Position numbers and translations under genes: made by a program
Shown: piece after piece, positions 1-11,300 of the stretch
Layout: each line of letters starts with the position of its first letter
Numbering within the stretch: position 1 is the first letter of the stretch
The notes under the pieces: model-generated
Told to the model about the DNA's origin: nothing
The model's input: only the letters and a program-made list of their open reading frames with translations
Database searches by the model: none
Assembly: GCA_013265495.1 (NCBI GenBank)
Contig: MU058423.1
Coordinates: 6,238,939 to 6,302,938 of the forward strand
Origin: Vicugna vicugna
Taxonomy: Eukaryota
DNA length: 64,000 nt
Direction: 5' to 3'

Positions 1-1599
1 CTTGTCCAGGTTTAAAAATTTTGAAAATAAACACATAAGCACAATTAAAGGGGGCTGGAATATTTGACTCTAGTTTGAGAACTCAAACAGAACACAAATA
101 ATGCAAGATATATCCCTGGCAAAGATATATAGCAGTATGTATGCATTCAAAACTCACACGGGGTAAATATCTGTTTCATTAGGCAAAGTAGTGTGAAGCA
201 AGTCTAGAATTATGCATATGCCATGAGGTTATAACATTTAACTACATTACATTATTTTTTCCTTTCAGTTAAAAGGATTCGGTTCATTATATTTGTTTTA
301 ACGTTAAGTGGGTTAGTTTTAGTTTATAACATAATTCTCCTGGCAAACAATAAGGTAAAAAAATAAGGTGCAGGATTTAACTTGATCATCTTATATATGG
401 TAAATCCAACTGGCCTCTAAAAAGCTTCCTCAGTCCAAGTGATCTTTCTATATGCACTTGCCCAGTTATTTGTGTTGTTTCTAATCACTTGGCATTTTTC
501 ATTTTGCAGTCTCTTACATGAAAATTGAGAAGATGGGGAGTTTTTACTAAAAGTCTTAGAAATATAGCATAAAATAAAATAAAAATGATAGAACTCTATC
601 ACAAATTTTCTTTGATGATTCTATTATCTGTGGGACTTCATTTGCTTTCAGGAGATGATATGTGATCAAGACACTAAATATATTCAGGTTATTATAGGAA
701 ACTTCCGATATTCAATGGACTGTCCAGAATACAGATTATTAATACTGCTAAATTATGTGTCCAATTTGCTCTGTTAAATATACTGAAGAGTAAGTAAAAT
801 AAAATCAGGGATATTCTAATGTTGCCATTGTTAGTTACATGAAGCATTTTTCACATATGGACATTTTATCATATCATTATTGATACCAGCATATAATCAT
901 TGAAACCTCAAAGTAGTCCCATTTTAAGGGTGTTTATCTCATAAACGAGCTTCATTGCATGGATCTAGATAAATAAAATGTTCTCTGAAACTCATTTTGT
1001 TCAACTATATACTTTTTTCCCCTAAACATCATTTTGTATCTGCATTCATGCATAGCAAAACAATCCCATGAATGTTTTGATTTCTATTCCAAACCTGCAG
1101 CTGAAGAACGTTTCTAAAAATGATGCATATAAAACATTTCCTCAAAACTGATGTTAACAGAAAAGACATTAAAGGTCGCCTCTACAAATGAGGACTGGTA
1201 TTGATTTTCATAAATAGAGTTCTACTGTGCTTTTCATGTGTTCAGTCATTACCCAGAGTATTTGGATTATACAGCTTTTATGATTCTTCCAGCACATATA
1301 GTCTGATTTAATTTTAGCATTCTCATTGATTTCAAGGGGTGTCAGAGAGGTCAGAAGGGTGAACTGGGTTGACAGAGTTCAACATATGGCATCCAATTAG
1401 AGACACAAGAGAATGTCAGTACATTCTCTCTTACTCATATTAAAAAAAGAAATCTAATGTTGTTTATTCTTGAGAGAAGACTACACCTAACTTCCACTGA
1501 AAGGCATTTATGGAATACCTCTTTTTAGCATATTTTATCATAGTAGATTTACAAGAGTTATGTAAATGCTTAAAATTATTTTTAAATAATAATACTTTT

Positions 1600-2290
1600 A
1601 GTGACAAGAATACTGGATTTAGCACCAGACAGTACAATTTACCATCTATATGGTAAACTAGGATAATTTACTTAACCTTTTGGAGCCCAGATTTATCATT
1701 GGTAAAATGAAACTGACAATCTATGTCATCAAGTTTGTATTAGTTTCCTGGAGCTTCCATAACAAAGTACCAAAAACTGGATTGCTTGAAACAACACACT
1801 TTTTTTTTTAAATCTCACAGTTCTAGAAGCTAGAAGTATGAAATCAAGGTGTCAGCAGTGTCATTCTTCCTCTGAAACAATTTGAGAATTCTTCCTGGCC
1901 TTTCTCCAGGCTTCTGATGGTTTGCCAGCAATCCTTGCTGTTCCTTGGCTTGTGGCTACATCACTCCAGTCTCTACCTCTGTTGTCATGTATTCTCCCTG
2001 TGTGTCTCTTTCTCTGTGTTTCTTTTGCACTTCCAATAAAGACCCCAGTTACGTGGAATTAACAGCCCACCACTCTGCACCAGTATGACCCCATCTTAAC
2101 TGATTACATTTGCAACAATCTTATTCCCAAATAAAGACACGTTGTAAGGTCCCGGGCTTAGAACTTCCACATATCCTTTGTGGGCACAATTCATGCCGTA
2201 ACAGAGTTGGAGTGAAGATTTAAGGAAAATATGAAAAAAAAATTCATTGCACAGTATCCAGTAACAGTAGTTTCTCAATAAATGTTAGAA
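1600..2290 (+). mobile_element. MIR SINE split in two (~1600-1735 and ~2209-2290) by an MLT1 LTR
   Basis: MIR core 'tttacttaacctttggagcccagatttatcattggtaaaatg' before the LTR. MIR 3' part 'gtgaagatttaagg...gcacagtatccag...ctcaataaatgttag' after it. Confidence 0.7.
1736..2203 (-). mobile_element. MaLR solo LTR (MLT1A/C-like)
   Basis: Typical MLT1 antisense text 'tgtattagtttcct...ataacaaagtacc...ctcacagttctagaagctagaagt..gaaatcaaggtgtcagcag', ending '...ccgtaaca'. Near-perfect 5-bp TSD aagtt (1731-1735) / gagtt (2204-2208). Confidence 0.9.
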
Positions 2291-3064
2291 AAATAGATAA
2301 GAAAAGAAAGTATACAATAAATAAAATTACCCAAACCTTGGGTGAAGCAAGAGCCTCATGGTTCCAATAGTGACAAAATCAGATCATAGAAAATAGTTGG
2401 CCAACTAGGGGTTAATCTTGGAGATTCAATGCTCTGTGGTATAGACAGGGAACTCCTAGGTCAGCATTTGTAGAATACACATTGGAGCAATCTGCATCTG
2501 TCTCACTTCTGGAAACTTTGTAAAAAAATTAGATCTTAGACTTCCAAACACTCTCGTCCAATAGATTTAGGTAAAAGAACTATGTTACAAAGTTAATATT
2601 TTTAAGAAGTTCTGTTGTTTCTGATACTTAGGTTTGAGAATGATAAGTAATCTGTTTCCCCAAACAACCATATGTTAGCGAATCTTATGTATTCTAGGTG
2701 AAGCATTTTCAGTGTTAAAGATAAGTTGTTACTTTAACAAACTAATTTTCCTTTAGATTTCTCTCTAGTTTTCCTGTCATGATTTGCATATTGTTTAGCA
2801 GATTGCATGCCTTCTTTCTATGGAGGGATATAATACCAAGGTAGAGAATTAAGTATGTAGCTCAAGTCAGGGACAAACAGTAACAGATAACCAGATTTAA
2901 TCAGGAGGAAAAAATCCAGAATATAGACGAAAGAAAGAAATATGAGGCAAAAAATTGAAACTTTCCTACAGAAATCTTAATGTGGACTTTTTGGAAAAGT
3001 TAAAAACGTGCATCTATGGTTTAGGTGCTAGTAGGTACAGTTGAGAGCTTGAACACCTTACAGA

Positions 3065-3330
3065 CAGGGGCAAATCAAGAACTGTGGGGTCAGAAATTCA
3101 TGCAATTTGAGAGACCTTTAAAAATATGAAATTGTGACTAGGAAATAGATTCGACACTGAATATTTTGTTAGAGTAAGTAAAAAACCCACAACTTAAGAT
3201 TTTTAAATGCTGGTAAATACGAAGGGATCACAAAATTTAGAAAATAATATGTTCATGTTGTCTGACAAACTTCTGTACTTCTTCCCCTATATATTTATAT
3301 CTATAATTTCCAATAATAGATTTAAAAAGG
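3065..3330 (+). mobile_element. hAT-Tip100 DNA transposon fragment (Arthur1-like)
   Basis: 'caggggcaaatc...tgtggggtcagaa..tcatgcaatttg...gaatattttgttagag...cacaaaatttagaaaataatat' resembles the recalled Arthur1 terminus. Confidence 0.6.
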
Positions 3331-3339
3331 ATTATCCGT

Positions 3340-3450
3340 GATGTTATTTAAATGTTCCAAAGTTTAAAGAGCTAAAAAGTGGCAGATCTTGGCTTTAAAT
3401 CCAGGCAATCTTGTTCTATAACCCATGCTCTTAATTTTTATGTACTTCTA
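3340..3450 (-). mobile_element. MIR fragment
   Basis: 'agtggcagatcttggctttaaatccaggcaatctt...acccatgctcttaa' is the reverse complement of the MIR 5' half. Confidence 0.65.
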
Positions 3451-3459
3451 CCCAAATAA

Positions 3460-4070
3460 GAGAAATTTTATCCTTTATACACAGATGCATGTGAATGCTT
3501 ATAGTATTTCTGAAAGGACAGACAGGACATTGGAAAAGTGGTAAGCACTAGGAAGAACTGAAGGGCTGAAGAAAGGGGTATGAAGCAGAGTTTTCCTTGT
3601 TTACCCATTAGTTCCTTTCAAATTCATGCCATACTTAAGTTTTTATAAATCAATCAAATAGAAAGAAAAAGAAAGAGTGGAAGAGTGTATGGAAGAAAGG
3701 AAGAAGCTGCAAGGAAGGAAGGAATTAGTAGAGTCCATATCTGTATTATGGTTAAAATATTTTTTCCCAATCATGCCTGTTATTTCACTTCTCCATGGAG
3801 AATATTTTACAGGCTTTAAGATAATTCAAAAGTACATTTATTGACATAGAAAAATATATACCTTATATTGCTGAATTTTAAAAAAGTTATAAAAATCTGT
3901 ATAGCTTGATACTATTTTGAGAAAAATTATGTATATATACATTATATTCATGGGGCAACATATGGAATATCAAAAAAATCAAAGATCAATGTTATATCTG
4001 TGATTTTTTTTAAATACTTACCTAAAATTAAAAAAATACAGTATTATAATAATACATGTTTAAAGAATAA
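3460..4070 (+). mobile_element. Ancient L1 (L1ME/L1MC-type) 3' end fragments
   Basis: Degenerate L1M 3'UTR-like text (e.g. 'tgcatgtgaatgcttatagtatttctgaaagga', 'tttattgacatagaaaaatat...atattgctga'). Heavily diverged. Confidence 0.4.
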
Positions 4071-4772
4071 TATAATTTATTTGGCTTCAAAAAGTATGAC
4101 AGTGAACTGTAATATATTTTAGGCTCTTCTTCATGTTAACATAATTAGCCACTTTAAGAAAATAAATTACTTTCTATTCATGCTAGTAAGTGTAATGAGG
4201 TTATTTTGAACCACAGGAAGTCAAGAAACAATACATCATTCAAAGTATAAATCTCTTTTTTTTTTGGAGAAAGCAACCTACTTAGCTAATTCTTTCATGT
4301 GGACACAGATGAACTCTGCTGATGTATAAAGAGCATTGTACAAACACATGTCATACTCTTCAGTATTCCAACATAAATAACACTTGTTATCTGGTGGTGC
4401 CTAGTGCCAAGTTATATATAACCATTATCATAGCACTGTATTCTGATTAGATTGTATTGATTGGATAACATTTGAGAGCCAAAGGGCTAAAGCACAAAGG
4501 CAGGGACACAATAATAATGACAACTTTCAGCCTTTCATTGCTTTTGTGGAGTGTTCATGGAATTCTGGATGAGGAAGGTAAGAGTTGCAATCTCCATCAA
4601 ATATGAAAATACACATCAAAATTCTCTACACTGGGATTGGCTGGACCCTGGCCCGTGGGTGACAAGAGAGGAGTGTACTGCTGGGATGCATAGGACATCT
4701 CCTACTGAGGGTCACTTCTTCAAAGTTGAGAAATGTAACTAACCTACCTAAAAATACAAAGAGAAAGACAAA

Positions 4773-5648
4773 ATGAGGCATCAGAGGAACATCTTCCAGG
4801 ACAAGACACAAGATAAAATTCCAGAAGAAACAAGTGATGAGAAGACAGGCAATTTATCTGAGAAATTGTTTAGAATAATGATGGTGAAGATGTTCGGAGA
4901 ACTCAAGAGGACTATAGATGCACAGAGTGAAGATTTTAGCAAAGAGTTGGAAAACAAATACCCAAACAGTTGAAGAATAAAATTACTGAAATAACATACT
5001 AGAAGGAAACAAGACTAGACTAAATGAGGCAGAAGAACGGATTAGTGAGTTAGAAGACAGATTAGTGGAAATCACCTCTCTAAAACAGAAAAAAAGAAAA
5101 AAGAATGAAAAGAAATGAGGATAGTTTCAGAGAACTTTGGGATAACATGAAGTGCACTAATATTCACATTATAGGGGTCCCAGAAAGTGAAGAGAGAGAG
5201 AAGGGACCTGAGAAAATTTTTGGAGAGATAATAACTGAAAACTTCTCCAACTTGAGGAAGGAAACAGTCACCCAGGTCCGGGAAGCACAGAGAGTCTCAC
5301 ACGGGATCAACCCAAAGAGGAACACACCAAGGCACTTAGTAATCAAATTGATAAAAATTAAGGATAAGGAGAGAATATTAAAATCAGCAAGAGAAAAGCA
5401 ACAAATAACATACAAGGAAATTCCCATAAGGCTATCAGTTGATTGTTTGGCAGAAACCCTTCAGGCCAGAAGGTAGTGGCATGATATATTTAAAGTGGTG
5501 AAAGGGAAAAACTTACAACAATACTCTATCCTGCAAGGCTCTCATTCAGATTTGGTGGAGAAATCAAAAGCTTTGGAGATAAACAAAAGCTAAAGGAATT
5601 CAGCACCTCCAAACCAGCCTTTAACAAATGTTAAAGGAATTTCTCTAG
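4773..5648 (+). pseudogene. Decayed L1 ORF1p (RNA-binding chaperone)
   Basis: Motifs 'LWDNMKCTNIHIIGVPE', 'RNTPRHLVIKL', 'PIRLSVD..ETLQARR'. Interrupted by frameshifts and stops. Confidence 0.9.
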
Positions 5649-5729
5649 TCATCAAAGCATAAGAAAAGGGAACAAAATGAAGAAAAAGAAAAAGAAAAAA
5701 GGCAAAACAAACCCAAATCAATTAAGAAA

Positions 5730-7517
5730 ATGGCAGTAAGAACATATGTATCAAAAATTACCTTAAATGTTAATGGATTAAACACTCCAACCAAAAGAGA
5801 CAGACTGGCTGAATGGATACAAAAACAAGACCCATATATATACTGTCTACAAGAGAACCACTTCAGAGCTAGAGAAACATGCAGGTTGAAAGTAAGGGGA
5901 TGGAAAAAGATATTCCATGCAAACAGAAACCAAAAGAAAGCTGGAGTAGCAATACTTGTATCAGACAAAACAGACTTTAAAATAAAGACTGTTACAAGAG
6001 ACAAGGACACTACATAATACTCAAGGGATCAATCCAAGAAGAGGATATAGCAACTGTAAATATATATACACCCAACATAGGAGCACCTCAGTTATAAGAC
6101 AATTGTTAACAGACATGAAATGAGAAATAGACAATAACACGGTAATAGTGGGGACTTTAACACCCCACTTACATCAATGGACAGATCATCCAGACAGAAA
6201 ATAAATAGCACATTAGACCAGAGGGACTTAATTGATATCTATAGTGCATTCCATCTGAAAGCAACAGAATACACGTTCTTCTCAAATACACATGGAACGT
6301 TCTCCAGAATCGACCACATGCTGTCCTGCAAAGCTAGCCTCAGCAAATTTAAGAAAATTGAAATCTTAACCAAGCATCTTTTCTGACCACAATGCTACAA
6401 AGTTAGAAATCAACTACAAGAAGAAAACTGCAAAAACTGCAAACACGTGGATGCTGAACAATATGCTACTAAACAACCAATGGCTCACCTAGGAAATCAG
6501 AAAATGACAAATGAAAATGAAACACAATTATCCAAAACCTATGGGATGCAGCAAATGATTTCTCAGAGGGAAATTTATAACAATACAAGCCTACCTCAGG
6601 AAAGAAGAAAAATCTCAAGTAAACAACCTAACCTTACACCTAAAGCAGCTGGAGGAAGAAGAACAAACAAACCCCAAAGTTAGAAGAAAAGAAATCACAA
6701 AGATGAGAGCAGAAATAATTGCAATAGGACTAAAAAACCAACAGAGAAGATCAATGAAAGAAAAAGCTGGTTCTGTGAAAAGATAAACAAAATTGATAAA
6801 CCTTTAGTCAGACTCATTAAGAAAACAAGGGAGAGGGCCCAAATTAAAATCAGAAATGAAAAGGGAGAAGTTACAACCAACATCACAGAAAAACAAGGAA
6901 TCATAAGAGGCTACTATGAACAGCTATAAGCCAACAAAAAGACAATGTAGAATAAATGAACAACTTCTTAGAAAGGTACAATTTGCCAAGACTAAACGAG
7001 GAAGAAATAGGCAATATGAACAGACCAATTACCAGTACTGAAATTGAGTCAGTAATTAAAAACCTCCTGACAAACAAAAGTCCAGGACCAGAAGGCTTCA
7101 CAGGTGAACTCTACCAAACATTTAGAGAAGAGTTAACACCTACCCTTCTGAAATTATTCCAAAAAATTGCAGAGGAATTGCAGAGGACTTCCAAAGTCAT
7201 TCTATGAGGCCATCATCAAAGATATCACAAAAAAAGAAAATGTCAATATCACTTATAACTATAGATGAAAAAAATCCTCAACAAAATACTAGCAAATCGA
7301 CTCCAACAATGCCTTAAACGGATCATACCCCATGATCAAGTGGGATTTATCCCAGGATGCAGGGACTTTTCAATATCCACAAATCAATCAATGTGATACA
7401 CCACATTAACAAATTGAAGAATAAAAACCATATGATCATCTCAACAGATGCAGAGAAAGCTTTTGATAAAAAAAAAAAAAAACCACACATCAACATTCTC
7501 TGATAAAACACCAACAA
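5730..7517 (+). pseudogene. Decayed partial L1 ORF2p (APE-like endonuclease, Z region, start of RT)
   Basis: 'ITLNVNGLN', 'CLQENH', 'KKAGVAIL', 'FSRIDHML', 'KSPGPEGFTGE.YQTF'. Many frameshifts. Confidence 0.9.
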
Positions 7518-8324
7518 TGCTGCTGAACCTGATCAGGTTTTCCTCCTTCCAAGGAGGAAGATAAGACCAACAAAACAGAATAAAAGTTAGAAATCTGAAA
7601 TATATGTATGAAAACATATATGCATGTTTAATATTGTATCATATGCTACATAAATATATATATAAATATACACATATTTTGTTAGGCCAAAATCAAATCA
7701 ATAAATACAAAATATTCTGAAGTTTAAAAATGAATCAAATAATGGACATGAAGATAATTAAGGAGATCTTAAACTTTTAGAAGCATGTATAAACAATAAA
7801 AATGACTGACATTTGCTGCATGATGGCCATCTAGAGCTCTGAACATAATTCTCAACTACTAAGCTCTTCCACATTCAATAATGAAGTTGTTCTCCAAAGC
7901 CTTGCTGGCATTTTACTTTTATTATGCAGTTTTATCCACAGCACAATAACTTCACTCAATGCCACAGGCTCGTCTATTATTGACTTGTCTGCTTACTTGT
8001 ACAGTCCCGTAAGAAAACACCTTATTCTCATGAAGAATCAAAGGAGGAATTCTTGGACAAACATTACTTGAGCATTAAAAGTATTTAAATTCAGGACACA
8101 AAACAAAACATAACAGATACTAGTAGACTTTTTACAGTACACTTTTCTAATAGAACAGATATACTCCCTTATTACATATAAATTTCCTCTAGAGATTTTA
8201 TGATGCCATATGTAAAAATAAATATGAACTAATAAAATCAGAAAGCAAATTATGAGGTAGAGGTTTATTTTCTCCAATAATATAGTGTTTTACTGTTCAC
8301 AGATTCCATATGAAAATTCTCAAT

Positions 8325-8330
<6 letters not shown>

Positions 8331-8360
<30 letters not shown>
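8331..8360. repeat. (AT)15 microsatellite
   Basis: Directly visible perfect AT run. Confidence 0.95.
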
Positions 8361-8364
<4 letters not shown>

Positions 8365-11300
8365 TCAAATGTGCAGAGAGATATAAAAATAAAAATATAA
8401 ATATCTCTCTGCACATTTGCACATTTTTAAGATGTTTAAACAATTTAGTAAATAGCAACTTAACCATTTTAGAAGGCATGATATCAGGGCATTATCCAGT
8501 TAATTCAAACCAAAAAGAAATGACATTTATTCGTAGGAGAATATAGTTACTACCTACTAAGTCCCTAGCATTATAATGAGACCATAAACTGTTTTGGGTA
8601 ATTTCATCATGTCCCACCTAATACACATCTATCTCAACAATAAAATACACTGATGCTTTTGTCAGATTTGATACCAGTGGACATAATCACTTTTGCCAGA
8701 TTCACAAGAAACACTTAAAATTATTGTCATATTGCTCTTTTCTTCTTTTCATTTGCTATATTCTGCTGCACCAGTGTGGGAGATTGAAATTGTGCCATTG
8801 TTGTTTCATAAGCATGGAACAGAAAGCCTGATGAGGGATAGAAGAAAACATGAAATGGTCATGATGGGTTTTGAAGAGTTTTGTTACTATGTGATAGACT
8901 TGAAAAGAATGTTTATAGGATATAGTTTCTATTTGGGATGGATTCTCTACTAAAAGTAATAACCAGGTAGCTAGGTTTCTGTAACAGATTCTACATGATT
9001 TCTGGGGCCAGTGAGAGTGGAGGCATGCCAGGTTGCAGGCCTATCTATTATTGCTTGTATGTATCTTGTTGTGATTATTGGTTTACATATTGCCTCCCAC
9101 TGACCTGTGAAATCCAGAAGGACAGGAATCACCCCTTGGCTACCATGAACATAGTCACTGACCAAGAGCAAACACTCAAAACAAATAAAAAAAGTAGATA
9201 TTGAATTAGATTCAGTTACTGTGAAAATAATAGCCCTCAAAAGAGTAAGAATATTGATATGACTTTGATCAATAGCTCAACTTTTTTTTAAAAGGAAAAT
9301 TAACAGTAATTCTTACCAGTATATTTAGCACTTTAATTCAATAAAATGAACTTCTGGTTTTGTCTTATTAAAATTGTGTTTCACAGTTATCTAGGCATGA
9401 ATCTGAGAAGTTAATGAATTCATTTCAACTTTCAGAATAGACTCATTTCACTTTTCAGTTGCAGAGGTGAATTCATATCCTGGTAGAACAAATTGGAAGG
9501 CCTATTTTTGCTCAGATGCCTTTGACCAGTGGTCTAGAACTGGAGGAAATTGTTGAAATTTAATCATGGGATTTTTATGTTGTTGAAATTTTTATGTTTT
9601 TACAGCCCTTTTTCAGTGATGCCATTTCTAACAAAGTTTCCTGATGGTGATATGAAAAGTGATTAGAATTGCTTGTGATGGGATCAATTAGTTGAATAAT
9701 ATATCCGAAGAGTAGGTGGGACTATTTTAAATCCATTTACAATCCTAAGTTTTTTATTTTAAACACTCAAGTATTTATGTTCAAATAATTGACGTTTATA
9801 TCTAATTGTTAGAAAGGTCATGCCTAGTTCAGAATAAAAGTTTTATTTCAGGCTCACCACTCTTTTTGCTCTAGTCCATACGCAACCTCAGTGGATTTGG
9901 GGATAGTAGTTTTTTTTTCAGTTCCTAAAATTCAAAGTTTAAGTGAAAAAAAAAACACATTTGGAAAAATACTAATTCTTATAACCTTGAGGACTTACAC
10001 ATGTGACCAGTTTCCACTGTATGCACTACCTAAGGCCTTACATGATCCAGTTGGTTTTGTCAATGTCATTATGTTGGCTCTACTGTGGTTCTCTGGCTGT
10101 TGCCCCATGACTTGGGTTAAATTATTCATGAGAAGCTACAAAGTGACAGGAAGCATTCTAGATAGTAGATATTCAAAGATGAGAAAAATCTAATTTTGTA
10201 GAGAAAAAGAGACAAGTAAATAGGTAATTATGATATAAAGTATCCTGATGAATTTATATGCTCCCCCAATGTATCTTAGACCCATCAACTCTTTTCTCTG
10301 TTTACTATTCCCTTTATTTCTCCACGCAAACTATGACTTACTTAAATAACAAAGTTGGATTTTATCAGTTTCTTCTGTCCTCACCAAATTTTTTGGCACA
10401 TTTTAGCTAGAGTTCTGTTTTAAAAATAGGCAAAGCTGAAAATTGTATGCAACTGTAAAATTCTCCAAGGGGTTTCTCATTGTTTTTGGATCAACTTCTA
10501 AATCATTTACTTATATTATAGGGTTCTGTATTATTTGACCCTGTCTGCCTCTTTAACCCCATCCTCTGATATAAATGCGTTTGTTTTCTGTGTCCAAACC
10601 ACTTAGGCATTTTTTCTGTTCCACAATCACGCAGTTTCTTCCCACCTCACAAGCGTGGCATAGGCTATTTTTCCGCCTCATGGGATGGTTGTGAGGTGCT
10701 GTAATCTATATGAGGAACTCAACATAGTAAATGCCATAAGAAGATATTTATTATATTAAATATTATTTTTGTTCCCTTCTATAGTATCAGTATGGTATAG
10801 TCAGGGTCTTCTGGGTAATAGTTTGGAAACTAAATCAATAATCAGCATTGGAACAGGAAAAATTGATAGAAAAAAGTGATGGAGAATGAGGAACAAGGGT
10901 AAGGTATCTAAATACAGTTCTTGCTTTGGGAGATTTAAGGTGCTTTTGATTAGACCCATGTTGTATTTTCTTTTTTATCCATTATTCCTTTAAAAATTTT
11001 AAGCCACCTCATTTTTTTCAGAGTTCCTACTAAATAAATGTATTATTCTAAGCATACTTCATGAGGACATCACTTTTCTATAATTATAATTTTGAACCAA
11101 GTATGCAACATGTCTAACATAAAAAACATGTGAAATATAAATTCTAGTCATATTCTTTTCTTAGCATAAGTGCACCTTTTAAAATGTATTTAGACATAAG
11201 AATCTTCTTACTTTTCAAGTTTAACTTCTACCAGAGAAATCTTTTAAGTTCTTGTTCACGCAGAGTATCTGGAGTCTAAAGCCATTAACACTGTATCAGA

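Larger units (their letters stand above)
4640..7517 (+). mobile_element. LINE-1, truncated at both ends (end of 5'UTR, ORF1, ORF2 endonuclease to start of RT)
   Basis: The ORF track gives L1 ORF1 peptides (4773-5476) and ORF2 peptides (5730-7207). The end of the 5'UTR aligns by eye with 34180-34310 of the full-length L1. Homology stops ~7517 with no 3'UTR. Confidence 0.95.

Noticed and set aside
7420..7482. AATAAA followed by A15 near the end of the first L1, suggesting premature polyadenylation inside ORF2
   Set aside because: L1-like sequence ('tcaacattctctgataaaacaccaacaa') continues past the A-run to ~7517 and no TSD is visible. This looks like an expanded internal A-run followed by a later deletion.
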